From Diplonema japonicum (lineage: Eukaryota > Protista > Euglenozoa: Diplonemea), in contig OZ025759.1 in NCBI GenBank assembly GCA_964019335.1, positions 62,001 to 126,000 on the forward strand: 64,000 nucleotides of DNA, read 5' to 3'. Shown here one piece after another: positions 44,999 through 57,050 of the stretch. The notes under the pieces were generated by a model that worked only from the letters and a program-made list of their open reading frames with translations, had not been told where the DNA came from and ran no database searches. Position numbers and translations under genes: made by a program. The first letter of the stretch is position 1, and the number at the start of each line of letters is the position of its first letter.

Positions 44999-47074
44999 AT
45001 GGGCGGCAAGGGACGGAAGGGAGGTAAAGGAGGAAAGGGAGGTAAAGGGGGAAAAGGAGGGAAGGGGAAAGGCAAAGGCGGTCGGGTGAAGAAAACAAGA
45101 GAGGAGAAGGTCGAGAGAGACAATGCGTTTTTGGAACAGGTGTTGTCGAAGAAGAGGAAGCGAGAGCAGGAGGAACTCAGCAGCAGCAGCTCCGAGGGTG
45201 AGGACATCCTGCAGGCACAGGAGGACAAGTACGACATGCTGCTGAAGGCATTCAACGTTGAACAAGAGAAACAAGAAGAGTCTGAGGAAGAAGTAGAAGA
45301 GATCGAAGAGCTGGAAGAGTTAGAAGAACTTGAAGAAATACCAGAAGAGGAACTGATGGAAGAAGAAGAAGAAGAAGAAGAGGAGGAAGAACTCCTTGAC
45401 CCAGCAGAAGATGAAGAAGCATTGAACGTGGAAGTGAAAGCCACTGCTCAGTGGAAAGCACATTTCACACCCACCCCTACCAGCGACCCTGCTCCTCTCA
45501 AACCGGTCACAGGGTTCCAAGACCTTGCTCCGCAGGTGTCGAGCAACGTGGCGGTGCTAAAAAACACGGCACAAGGCGACAAAACCCCACCGGGTGTTGA
45601 TGCAGAAATGTGGAACAGATGCCTTCTTCGAGACCCAACGCTGAAATTCGGCAGAGCAATGTTCTCCTGTATGGAAAGCTATGCGGATATGCTGTATCCG
45701 ATGAAGACATGGGAGAAACAAGAGGAAGTCACGGAGGCTAGCATGCTGCACGCCCTGACGCACATTGCAAGAACAAGCTCGAGGATAGGCGCGAACAACA
45801 AGAAGATCGCCGAGGAGAAGATGGATGTCGCAGAAGCGGAGGGCGATGAGTTCAAAGACCAAGGATTCATGAGACCCACTGTGCTGTTCTTGTTGCCAAT
45901 GCGCAATATCTGTTTGGAATACATGAAAACACTTCTGAGGTTGTGGGGTGTAGCTCCGGAGGAGGCCGCAAACTGGGACAGGTTCGTCGATGACTTCTCC
46001 GAACTGGAAGGTGAAAAGGACAAGAAATTCCACAGAAGAACGCAGGACTACAAGAACCAGTTCGGGGGAAACATGAACGACAAGTTCTGCTTCGGTGTGA
46101 ACCTGTCCCCGATCGACAACACGAAAATATCGATCTTCTCCAGCTTCAACAAGTCCCATGTTATATTTGCCTCACCCTTGGGCGTCGCCTCCACCATGAA
46201 GAAGAACAGGCGACAAGGCACGTCATTCTTGTCGTCTGTTGAGGTAGTTGTTGCTGACCAGCTTGACGTGCTGCTGATGCAGAACTTCGAGTGGACACTG
46301 CAGACGCTGGAGTGTCTGAACCAGCTTCCGAATGACATGCGTGGCTGTGGGGACATCAATCGTATCAAAACCTGGCTTCTCGATGGGGAGGGCTCACGGT
46401 ACAGGCAAACGCTTCTTTTATCCCGGGTCATGACCGCAGAGGTGAGCTCCGTCTTCAGCAAATCGACGAACCACACCGGGAAGGTGAAGCTAGGACGGGC
46501 GTTCAACGGCGAACTGACACGGGTTGTCAACCACGCAAAACATTTGTTCCACAAGGTTGATGTCACTACCATCCACGAAGCCCCACATGAGCGGTTCAAT
46601 TATTTCAGATCGAAGATCTTTTCAAGGCTGGCCAGCGGGACGAACGCGGGCATCGGAAGCATGTCGTGCCTCATCGTGGTCCCGTCTTATTTCGACTACA
46701 CGAGGCTGAGGAACTTCTTTGAGTCTGTTGATAGAGATTCGTATGGTGAGCTTTGTGAGTACACGCCTCCGAAGGAAATGCACGAGGCTATTAAAGATTT
46801 CAATGCGAAGCGTCGATCGTTCCTTCTAATGACGGAGAGGTTCTACTACTTCCGTCGATACGTTCTTCAGGACGTCAAGTCCATCGTCTTCTACCAGCTC
46901 CCCATCTCCACCTGGTTCTACCATGAGCTCGTGAACAGCATCAAAACAGAGCATTCCCCCACCGTCCTCACACTTTACACAAAGTACGACACGCACCAGC
47001 TGTCAAGATGCCTCGGCACAGAGCGTACTAGAAAGGTACTGTCGTCGGATAAGAGCACGCATATGTTCTGCTAA
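44999..47074 (+). CDS. UTP25: U3 snoRNP-associated protein 25 (DIEXF/Utp25)
   Basis: Motifs FKDQGFMRPTVLFLLPMR, FGGNMNDKFCFG, IFASPLG, MQNFE, VPSYFDYTRLRN and TERFYYFRRY. Confidence 0.92.
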   Translation: MGGKGRKGGKGGKGGKGGKGGKGKGKGGRVKKTREEKVERDNAFLEQVLSKKRKREQEELSSSSSEGEDILQAQEDKYDMLLKAFNVEQEKQEESEEEVEEIEELEELEELEEIPEEELMEEEEEEEEEEELLDPAEDEEALNVEVKATAQWKAHFTPTPTSDPAPLKPVTGFQDLAPQVSSNVAVLKNTAQGDKTPPGVDAEMWNRCLLRDPTLKFGRAMFSCMESYADMLYPMKTWEKQEEVTEASMLHALTHIARTSSRIGANNKKIAEEKMDVAEAEGDEFKDQGFMRPTVLFLLPMRNICLEYMKTLLRLWGVAPEEAANWDRFVDDFSELEGEKDKKFHRRTQDYKNQFGGNMNDKFCFGVNLSPIDNTKISIFSSFNKSHVIFASPLGVASTMKKNRRQGTSFLSSVEVVVADQLDVLLMQNFEWTLQTLECLNQLPNDMRGCGDINRIKTWLLDGEGSRYRQTLLLSRVMTAEVSSVFSKSTNHTGKVKLGRAFNGELTRVVNHAKHLFHKVDVTTIHEAPHERFNYFRSKIFSRLASGTNAGIGSMSCLIVVPSYFDYTRLRNFFESVDRDSYGELCEYTPPKEMHEAIKDFNAKRRSFLLMTERFYYFRRYVLQDVKSIVFYQLPISTWFYHELVNSIKTEHSPTVLTLYTKYDTHQLSRCLGTERTRKVLSSDKSTHMFC

Positions 47075-47229
47075 AAGAGAATGTTGCTTTTGTTTTTGTT
47101 TATCTTATACCCCCCCTCCAACTTTTCTTCTCTTTTTGTGTTTTTCTTTTTACATAATACTTTCGTTTGTCCCCATCAGCACATCATTTTTGTTTTAAGT
47201 GGTTTTTTTCCCCCCCTCTTTCCTTTGCT

Positions 47230-50200
47230 CTTTTTTTTTTTTCGTCTCCCCTATCGTGGGAGAGTCCAAGTCCAAGAAGCAGCCCATCCACGTCGCCTTC
47301 GACGGCCGCATACCTCAACGCCACGGAGCCGTTCAACGTGAACGTGCTGAAGAAAGCTATGCAGCAGTTCAAGCTACCACGGGTCGGGATTCCAACCTCA
47401 GACGGAGAGGCGAAGGCATGGAGGGGACCGAACAGCAAGCCACCACGGAAGGAAAGAAATGCTGGCTCCTCGAGCAGGGACAGTTCGACCTACCCTTCAT
47501 AGAGTGGGAAGAGCTGGTGGCAGGAAAAGATGGCATAGCCATCGCGACCGAGGTCAACGTGGAGGAGGCAGAAAAGATGTCCTGGGACGGGAACAAGGCA
47601 GTCCTCCTCAAACGCAACGGCAAGGGTCGATACGAACACGACGTCGTGCTCAAGGCGGCTGGAGAGTACTCGAACAGGACAATGTTCTTGCACGTACTGA
47701 GCGGAAAGATCTCGCGCTCTCAAAAAAACAAAAACACGGTGGGTATTGACCTGGCCGCGATGTACACGCGGGTAGCTATCGTCGTCTCGAAGACGCACAC
47801 CCCAGCCCAGACATGGGAGAGGGTGACCTCCGAACCCCGGAAGCTGGTCCAGGAGATGCTGGGCTGTAGGACGATCCACAGGATCGACAAATACGTGGAT
47901 GGACCGGCCCCAAGGGTTGACGTGCTCGTCACGATCGCAACCGAGAACCGCCACCGCCTCGTAGGTGCATCCGGGAAGATGGGGATCTTCGTCAAGCCGA
48001 AGGACGTGGAGAAGTCCCCTGTCGCCTGGCTCCCGAAGGAGATCACTCTGGAAGAGGCACTCGAGCTGGCGGAGACTGAGAAGCAGGGGTTAGCGCTGCG
48101 CGAATCCGACGGCCGTCTCGGGGTGAGGACATCGGAGGAGAGGAAAACCACGCTCCTCGACAAGGTATTAGGCGAGGAGGAGCGACAACGCGGGCAGCAT
48201 GGGGAGCCCAGGTGGCGTTTGTCGGGACTGTACGGGCAGTGCGGAGCCGAACACGTTGAGGCGATACTCGAGGCGATTAAGTGGGAGGCCGTCCCACTAC
48301 ACGGCGGATGGTGCAACAGCATGAGGTGCTGGTACATCCGAGGGGGCGAACCCCCAACCACGTCACTGAAGATCACGTCCCCAACTGGGCGGGTCCTCAA
48401 CTGCAGGATAGCTCCCGACGTTAGAAACCCACCCGCCAAAAAGACACCGCCAGCTCAGTCCTGGGGAAGGCCGAAAACGGGGACCACAAACAACGCGGGC
48501 AAGTCGTACCTCGGAGCAGTGACGGGGTCCTCTCAACCAGACCACAAACCACCAGCTTCAGGAAGAAGGTTGCCCCTACGGGTAAAGCCGCCCCACCGAA
48601 GTCCGGTAAGTCGCCCACAACATCGAAGAAAGCCGATCCCCCGGCCTTTGAGGACCGCCTCACAGCAATCGAAAACGCACTTCGTAAACTTGCAGGGGAA
48701 CCGGTCAGCGACGTCAAGCCGCCGGCTGAGGTGGTCAGTCTACGGAGGGAGAACGCGGAGCTACGGGAGGAGGTCCGGCAGATGCACATCCAGATGGCCG
48801 CGCTCACCGAGCAAATTAAGAGACTCACGGAAGCGACGCTCTCGAAGCCCGTCCCCGGGAACCGGGCCCCGATGATGCGCCCTGCTGCAGGGGAGGAGAT
48901 GATGGACGACTCCGAAGATGACTTGGGTCCCCCCCAACTGACGATGACACCGACATCGACCTGGACGAGGGCCCCGCCGACATTGACGACTGCCTGGGCA
49001 AGGGCATCTGCCACGTCTACAACGGGACATATCAATGCTGGAAGGGTGTATGCCACTACTGCGGCGGGAACATCACAAAGAACAACCCAGCACAGACCTG
49101 CATATTACCAGACTGCAAAAGGGTAAAATGCCGCGGGTGCGAACAATGCGAACAATGACTCCATGAGGGCTCCCCCCAAACCCACCCCCCAAACCCATTC
49201 CCTCCGCCCCGTTCCCATCCTTCCAAATACAATCCGATACGCTTATCTGACATGAAATTTGAACGTCTCACCGAACAGGGTATCGAACCCCACCCCGGAC
49301 CAGAGCCAGAACACGAGAAATTCACCATTTTCACACACAACGGCTCATCACTTAACAACAGGCTGAGCGAGTACTCCACCGTCCTCCCGGACGCATTCTG
49401 CATCCAGGAGACAGCCCTCACGGCTCAGACGCAGCTGGAAATCGAACACGTGCTGAGAGACGATGACTGGGGCAAACGATACGCCAGATTCTGGAGCAAG
49501 CCACAGCCAGGCAGGGAGTCCAGTGGTGTCACATCTCTGACGATAGCGAAACGGGGTGGTCTAGGAACCCTGGTGAAAAAACCACGTACGGCGGTGCGCT
49601 GTGAAACGAATGGGCCGCACAAGGACAGGTGGTCACACGTGAAGATCTCACTCGATGGAAGCAAACGGTGGCTTCACCTGATCAACGTCTACTGCCACTC
49701 GGGCCAGGACCAAGCCAAGACGAAATACCGTGAAGAGCTTCTCCACTACATCCTTTGCCGTCTTAAATTCGAACTGGGAGACGTGCCTGTGGCCGTGGTG
49801 GGCGATTTCAACACGGACGAAGTACGATCCCCCACGTTAAGGAAAGCTATACAGACAGACTGGGTAGACGCCGCTGCGTTCTGTGCAAGAAGGGATGGTG
49901 TACAGGCGGAGGACACGTTCGTTAGGACCAACTGCAGCACGAGGATTGACAGGGTCCTGCTGAATAACATCGCGGCCCAAGGTCTCGAACATTGCGGAGT
50001 AAGCGATATGATCACCGGGTCGGACCACCGATGCTTGTCGGTCAACATCCCAGCTTTTCGTCAAGAAGTCCTGAGGTACACCATCCCACAGGAGATACCG
50101 AAGACCAAGAAGGCGCCTGGCGAGGTGGCGAAGGCACTGATGCAGAAGTCGAGGTACCGGGAGTTCATAGCAGCACGGGAGCCCACCGAAGCTTTCTCGG

Positions 50201-53200
50201 AGATATCAGACCTCGCAGAGGAGTACCTATTACATGGGTACAAGGGGCCGACGCGCAGCGTGTACACCGGGAGAGGCAAAGTACGGGAACCTACGAAATC
50301 GGAGCTAAGTGCGAGGTCGGCGGAGTCGGCGGTCGGAGCGGCATCGAACAGACAACAAAGACTGGAAAAGCTGAAGCACAAGATCCGCAGTGCGCAACAG
50401 CAAATGCTAAGGCTTTATGAAAACGGACACTGCGGTCCGCTGCCGGTAGAGTTACGGAACGTCCTCAGAAATATTGCGACACTAGGAGAAGAACTGAAGG
50501 TTGACAACTGCCAGGTGGACGCGACAGGGGGTATCGACGGCATCAGGGAGGAGCTGGACATAGCAGAGGACTTCGCTCAGGGAATGCTATCAGAGCTACT
50601 CCAATACCGCAAGAGAATGCAGACGAAGGCCTACGAACGCTCAGTCCGTGCTGACTTTGGGAAAGAACGCAAGCACATCACAGCCTGGGTCAGAGACCGC
50701 CCAAACCAGAGAACGGACGTGGTTGAGGTAGCAGAACCTACAGGAAATGGACAAGGTGATGCGGAACGCGTGGTCGGGCGTCTTCTGTGCGCGAACACCC
50801 GAGGAAGAGCCACAGTATGAGCGGTTTGCACAACGTTACGGGGACCTGATCAAGAAAGCCCCAATGGCACGGACTCCCATCACAGCAGAACAGCTGAGGG
50901 AAGTGATCAGGAAGAAGCCGGAGAAAGGAGCATGTGGCGTGGACGGTTGGCGGATGAGTGAACTGAAGCGTCTCCCAACGAGCATCCTGAAGGCTTTCGC
51001 GGACCTCTTCAACCTGATCGAGGAAACAGGCCAGTGGCCGAGACAGATCACGACAGCACTGGTGTCCCTGATTCCGAAGGGTGAGGGGTCAGCACCACTG
51101 AATCATCGTCCCATCACAGTGACCAGCACCATCTACCGCTTGTGGGCGTGTACGAGGCTGAAGGGTGTCCTTGACTGGCAAGAACGCTGGATCACGCCGA
51201 GACAGCACGGGTTTCGACCCAAACACAGTACGACAACTGCCCTCATGGAATTATGTACCAAGCTGGAACTAGCTCTGGTGGAAGGAGAACCGCTGGAAGG
51301 ACTAGCCCTAGACTTTCGGAAATGCTTCGATCTAGTGCCACAACGGCTGTCTCTCGACCTCATGGACGCCCTGGGGATGGACCAATCCATAGGGAGAGCA
51401 CTCCAAGGGATGTACACCCAAATCACAAGGAGGTTCAAGTACCCCATAGGAGTGGGAGAAACATTTGAGACAACGAACGGCATTCTCCAAGGATGCCCCC
51501 TGTCAGTCATCGTCGTCAACGCCCTGTTGTCCATCATGGTGCGGGCAGTCGAGCAAGTCGCGCCAGACGCCGAAGTGCTAGCCTACGCTGACGACGCATA
51601 CCTGCTGGCAAAGCTGCGTGGCTCACTACAAGCTGCGGTCAATGGGACATTGGAGTTCTGCGACCTGACGGGGATGGAAATCAACAAGGAGAAGACTGCT
51701 GGTTTCGGCACTGCTGAAGATTTCAAGTCGAAAGTCATAGGAAACCGAACGGAGATGAGGAAAGGCTTGGAGGTCGCGGTACCCTACAAGACGGTGACAG
51801 ACCTCTGCGGACTGGGGGTGAAGATCAACACACGCAGGACAGGAACGACGTGGAACAAACCGACCACGGGGGCGCTTGGCTCGCTGGACCGACTGGGGGG
51901 CACAAGGATTGCTTTCGAAACCAAAGCACACTTGGTCAGCACGACGGTCCTGCCATCTTGCCTATACAGTGGGCCGTTCTCCCCTCCATGTGATGAGGCA
52001 CTCAAGAAATCCCGATGGGGCCGGTTGGCAACCTGGTCTGCCGGTGGCTTCCCCGAATAGGATGGAGTTGGGCGCAGCTACTAGGTTGCAACACATCTTG
52101 GGCCGAACGCGGACACATCTTTAGAGAGGTGGTGAGGAAGGCCCGAAGTAGGACGCTGGCGGTCGAGAGGAGCACGATAAGCGGGATAGAGCCGGGGGCG
52201 GACCCCAAGACGAACCGATTATGGAGGACGGCCAAGGACCCGCTCATGTCCTACAGCCTGAGACGAGTGATCGCAGGAGGGGTTCCCTACCTAAACCCGC
52301 ACGCAAATGCGAAGCGAAAGAGCGTCCCACTGGCGCCTGAAGGTGACGACAACGGTGACGACGAGGAGAACATGGGCCAGGCACCAACGACGGAGGTATC
52401 GCACACGCAAGGATTCAGATGCGACCTGTGCAAGTCTCCACACCCGGACACGGTGACCTTACTCCGCCATCAGCTGTATGAGTGCGCCTGTGCACAAGAG
52501 GAACTGGCACTAGACGGAATGGAGCCGTTGCGCAACAGATCAGGATGGCCCCTATGTCTGGAGCTGCACGCGATACTGCCGAGGGGGCGTGTCTTCGCAC
52601 ACCTGGAGAAGCTGCAGCGATACATGGCTGTGGTGGTCGGGAAACGGGATGTGGAGCTCATGCAAATAGACAACGCCAGCACACAGCCGCTGCCGTGGGT
52701 ACGCGATGTGGAGGGAAGGAGATGCCTCGTGCCAACGGCGGGGGAGCTCGAAGGAGTGGGAGGAATCGTCGCAGAATTCTTGAACCCGCTGCTGCAGTGG
52801 TTGTCACAGCTACGATGGGTGAGGAGGACACCAGCTCTGAAGTGTCAGCGGTGGAATTGGCCATCGACTTCGAATGGACGACAGGCAAGTTACTGGGAGG
52901 TCTGCTGGAAGATAGGGCTCGCAAGATCAAAGCACTGATAAGAAAGCTGAACGCGGCATGCAGGGCACGGAAGAAGCCACGCCCCTTCCCAGCAGATGAA
53001 CAGAAGAGAGTGAAGTCCCTCATCGCAATAGGTGGGAAGACGGCTATGGGTTTCGCCAGGAGGCCCATCTTCGCCACCCACTCCACTCACGACAAGCTGA
53101 TGGAACTGAAAGCCGCTTACAAGCGAGACCGCATCACACGACTCCGCAAGACGCTCAAGGCCTCGATTGGAACGAAAGCAATGCTCCAGAAGGGGAGTAT

Positions 53201-53293
53201 AAATAGATAGCCCCCCCCAACCCACCCAAGGGCGGCCCTCCATGAGGGGGTTTGTCCTGCACTTTGAGTTTTTTTGTAACTGAATAAACAAAG
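47230..53293 (+). mobile_element. Non-LTR retrotransposon (ORF1 + 2A-like/APE/RT/Zn-finger ORF2), frameshifted copy; boundaries approximate
   Basis: ORF1 with coiled coil and Cys-rich end (~47240-49158). APE motifs FTHN, CIQET, VGDFN, RIDRVL, SDH. RT motifs GVDG, RPITV, QHGFRP, LDFRKCFD, QGCPLS, YADD. C-terminal CDLC..H..C. Frameshifts near 47455, 48545, 48930, 50745, 52020 and 52815. Confidence 0.92.
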
Positions 53294-53309
53294 GAGGTGT
53301 AGGGGGGAA

Positions 53310-53873
53310 ATGTTGGCCATATTCAGGGACCACCCCCTGTTCGTGATGTATTGGTACGGGGCAGTGGGGTTGGTTTCACTGCTGACATACTTGGTGTGGG
53401 TGAGGGTGGAAAGTAAACTGGAGAGCAACGTGCAGAATGCCTATGTGGCCTTTTTGTTCGTGACGCTGATGGTGTTCCTGTCCGTCAGCGGGATTTCCTT
53501 CTACTGGGCAGCAGACAAGCGGCTCACTAAAGAGGAGAGGAACAGCAGAATACAAGTCGGGGTAGCGGCACTCTTCTTTACATCAGACACGCCCATCCTC
53601 TGCATCGACTTGGTTATGGTGCGGTCTGTCGGCTTCGTCCACGTCCTTCAAGGCATGGACCTCTTTCTTAGGCTCATGTCGTGGTGCCTCACCTTCGTCT
53701 TCCTCTGGATGGTGTATCTTTACAAATTCTCGAATTTCTTCCACGCGCGGGGCTACAGTCGCCGGGACCTCAACCAGCCCACGTTCAACTACCACGCACC
53801 TCCAGGCATGGTGCACACTCTGCCTCCAAGACAAGGCTATTGCCTCAATGCCATCGGCGGCCTCGAAACCTAG
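53310..53873 (+). CDS. Small multi-pass membrane protein
   Basis: About four hydrophobic helices and an FFTSDTP motif; starts immediately after the retroelement. Confidence 0.7.
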   Translation: MLAIFRDHPLFVMYWYGAVGLVSLLTYLVWVRVESKLESNVQNAYVAFLFVTLMVFLSVSGISFYWAADKRLTKEERNSRIQVGVAALFFTSDTPILCIDLVMVRSVGFVHVLQGMDLFLRLMSWCLTFVFLWMVYLYKFSNFFHARGYSRRDLNQPTFNYHAPPGMVHTLPPRQGYCLNAIGGLET

Positions 53874-54025
53874 ATTTGTGGGGGGGGGGGGGGGGGATAG
53901 AAAACAGCATATTTATTTGTAATGTTGATTTTTTTGTTTTTTGTTTTTGTTTCTCCTCTCCCTCCCACCTACAGGGCGGCTGTCATGAAGACGTAAATAG
54001 AGAGTCAACCAGCACTGTGTCAACC

Positions 54026-55480
54026 ATGCAGGAGAACCTGCGGTATATCGAGAAGCAGATGCTCGTCGCTTTCTTCGACGGCATCATCGAAGTGCTGTTG
54101 AAACATAAGGTACCGTACCCCTCCCTCCCCCCATGATTACTCCACCCCCTTCAGCCTGACGACCCGGTACGGTTCTTGAGAAAGCACTACGAGGAGATCA
54201 ACGAGTCGAAGTTGAAAGCGGGATACAGAAGAAAATCTGCTCACGGGGGCAAGATAGGTGCGTCCACACATTTAATGGGAGCCATCAACGGGGGGACAAC
54301 AAGTCGGAAGAGGTCAGTGCAATTGGGGCTGCTTGCCGATTACGATGAAGAGGAGACCGACTTATCGTGCGACGGCTCAGTCGTTTTCCAGAATGAGGAG
54401 AAGACCTTCAGCAAGGCTGCCGTCGAGTGCGATGCTAAACAGGCTGCTGCGGAGGAGATAGACTTGTGCATGGAAGAAGGAAACACCGAATGTCTTTTGT
54501 TCGAGCTAAAGCTGCCCACGGTGCCCCCAGAACTGTTCCGATTGGAGGCGCTCACATCTCTCGACCTCTCACGGAACCAGCTTGTCACGTTGCCGGACGA
54601 CTTCATAGCACTGCCTCTTTTGGAAGACTTGAACCTTCGCTGCAACCTCCTTGTGGAGGTGCCTCCCAGCATCTCGTGTATCCCTTATCTTACAGTTCTC
54701 AACCTGGACGAGAACTCCCTTTCGTCGATACCTGATTGCTACGGCGAGATGGTCAGCCTGCGTACCATCACGATGGATTGGAACGAGTTCACGGAGTTCC
54801 CGTCTGTGCTGTGCTGTATAGTTGATTTAGAGGAGTTGAAGCTCATAGAAAACCCACTTGCATCGACGCTTCCGATCAGCCGTTTGGAGGAGATGACCCA
54901 TCTGGAACTGGCGGTCGATAACAGTCCCGCCTTGGTGGAGGGATGGGGCGATGGGCTCCCGAATGTGACGATGGAGTGGAATAAGATCTTCCCAGACAAC
55001 ATCATCCCTGGGCTGTACTTGGGTTCGCTTCGCAGTGCGCAGTCTCCAAGGGTGTACCAGGAACTGGGCATTACCCACGTGGCAAGTATTGGGAGAGAGT
55101 TGAAGGTGGTGCTTTTAGACGGCATGCAGCACACGCAGGCCAACATCGACGATCTTGCGAGCGTAGACATCACTGTGATCTTCGCCGACATCCACGCCTT
55201 TATCGACAAGGCCATGTCTCAGAAAACCAACATCCTCGTTCACTGCTTCAAGGGCCAGTCCCGCTCTGCCACCATCGTCGCCAGCTACCTTATCAGAAAG
55301 AACGGCTGGACGGAGGCCCGCGCGCTGAAGTTCGTCAAAACCCGCTCCCCACGCATCAACCCCAACCCTGGGTTTTGCAAGATCCTCGTCGACTACGCAG
55401 AGAAGTTTCTCGTTAAAGGAAAGCAACACTCCATAGAGGCAGATGGGGACAAGACACGCGATGTTTTGGGAAGTAATTAA
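54026..55480 (+). CDS. RIIa/Dpy-30-like docking domain + LRR + dual-specificity phosphatase; intron 54110-54154
   Basis: YIEKQMLVAFFDGIIEVLLKHK|PDDPVRFL; LxxLDLSRNQL repeats; GLYLGS, VHCFKGQSRSATIV and INPNPGF. Confidence 0.9.
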
Positions 55481-55621
55481 TCACAAACCTCACGATACTA
55501 TGCCCCTTTTCCAAGGCGGCGCTCTTTTTATGTTTTTAACAAAAATAGTTGAATGTGTAAAAGTTATATGCCAACAAAAGTTGTATGCCGCATCCCTGAC
55601 CTGCACCACCTCACAGTTGGT

Positions 55622-56974
55622 ATGAGCGACATATCAGATGTCATGAAGGAGGCCCGGAGGCTTTCTGCAGGGTCGGAGCTAGAGTGCCTTGGGCTGGAAA
55701 AGAAATTGAAAGACGTCGGAGTCGATGTGAGGAACACGAGTATCGCAGAAAGGGCGATACCAGCTTTGGAAGTGGTGAGGCTGAGCAGAGAGCAGGTTAT
55801 ACAGGAGCTAAAGGCGTCGGAGGCAGAGTGGAGCGGGGTTGTGAAGTCGCGTGGATGGGTGAAGTATCTTAAGGAGGATAGATACACCGAAACGCTACCG
55901 AAACTGATCGGGAGGCTGGCAGTGCTGCGAACAAGGCAAGAGCAGCTAACGTCCCCAATGGAACGGCTGCGTGCCTCTCCGAACTTGCCTACTCCCGTGA
56001 AGCGCCTTCCCGTCCAGCGCACTTGTTCTGAACCCGAGTCTCCGGATCAAATATCCCCTATGCTGGACCTTGTCCCGGGCGATCTGTGTGAAGTCGCCAT
56101 CCTCTCTGGGAAGTGGGCCGGGCAGTGGGTCGACGCCTCGGTGCACAAGGTGCACAACGCTGGGGCGTTGTTCACAGTGCACATCCTGCCCACACGGAGG
56201 TTCGACAACGCGGTGGGGCAGGCGAACAGGATCGTGGACGGCGTCCCTTCGCAATTCATAAAACACAAACTCACCCCGCGTATCAAGAAAGGCGGGCGGT
56301 ACCTATCCATAGACAACACGCGCACGTGGTGGCCGATCACAGTGAAAACAGAAAACCTGGACGGGACGTACCAGGTGGTCGTCCATGACGGGACCTTCGA
56401 GAAGATGTGGTACTCCGTCCACATCAGCAATATCAAGCAGATACCCTTTCCCACGGCTGGGTGCTCCGCCACGGCGGGGCTTGCTGATGGGTGGTGCTCC
56501 CCTTCCGAAGAAACAGCCTTACGGGACCATCCCCACATGGAGCAGTTGCTCCCCCCACGCAAGATGTCATCTCCTTCTTCAAGCACAACACATGCATCGG
56601 AGCAGGCGTCTGAGCCTGGCTATGGTGCACAAGACCCGCTGGAGGAATTTAAAGAAGAAACGGTAGACGAGGACAGCAAGCCAGGTCTGGACCCAGCATC
56701 GACTCCCAAGGGAGTCAGTATAGCCCCTGAAAGCCCCACCTCGAGAGCACCTACAGAAGCATCTGTGTCACCAGCTTCATCTGAAGTACCTTCGAGAGCA
56801 CCTACAGAAGCATCTGTGTCACCAGCTTCCCCTAGTAGTCCCTCTGAAGTGCCCGTGCCGCCACCACCCGCAGCCGACCCCATGAATGAGACGCCCCAAG
56901 CAGGCTCCCCAGCGTCAAAGACGAACACAGCAATCGCACTAGACACAGATGTTGTAAACCTTGATGATTTGTAG
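55622..56974 (+). CDS. Hypothetical protein with SH3/Tudor-like beta segments
   Basis: Long ORF with PGDLCEVAI...GQWVDASV and WWPITVKTENLDGTYQV. Start uncertain (55568 or 55622). Confidence 0.7.
   Translation: MSDISDVMKEARRLSAGSELECLGLEKKLKDVGVDVRNTSIAERAIPALEVVRLSREQVIQELKASEAEWSGVVKSRGWVKYLKEDRYTETLPKLIGRLAVLRTRQEQLTSPMERLRASPNLPTPVKRLPVQRTCSEPESPDQISPMLDLVPGDLCEVAILSGKWAGQWVDASVHKVHNAGALFTVHILPTRRFDNAVGQANRIVDGVPSQFIKHKLTPRIKKGGRYLSIDNTRTWWPITVKTENLDGTYQVVVHDGTFEKMWYSVHISNIKQIPFPTAGCSATAGLADGWCSPSEETALRDHPHMEQLLPPRKMSSPSSSTTHASEQASEPGYGAQDPLEEFKEETVDEDSKPGLDPASTPKGVSIAPESPTSRAPTEASVSPASSEVPSRAPTEASVSPASPSSPSEVPVPPPPAADPMNETPQAGSPASKTNTAIALDTDVVNLDDL
56741..56829 (+). repeat. Coding tandem duplication, 51-bp unit (SRAPTEASVSPAS)
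   Basis: TCGAGAGCACCTACAGAAGCATCTGTGTCACCAGCTTC at 56741 and 56792. Confidence 0.9.
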
Positions 56975-57050
56975 TTTTTTTTCTTCTTGTTTTTTTGTTT
57001 CCCCTCTTTCCTTTCTGCACCGCCACCAAGCAGAGCAAAGCAACCTCTAC

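Noticed and set aside
47230-47330. HDV-like ribozyme/Pr77 signature at the LINE 5' end
   Set aside because: No recognisable nested pseudoknot; the element looks 5'-truncated into ORF1.
47455-52820. Programmed frameshifting within the LINE
   Set aside because: About six scattered shifts, some in homopolymers and without consistent slippery sites. Decay or sequencing error is more likely.
55583-55616. Possible 34-nt intron (GTATGC...TCACAG) upstream of ATG 55622
   Set aside because: Cannot be distinguished from a trans-splice acceptor or N-terminal coding sequence without transcripts.
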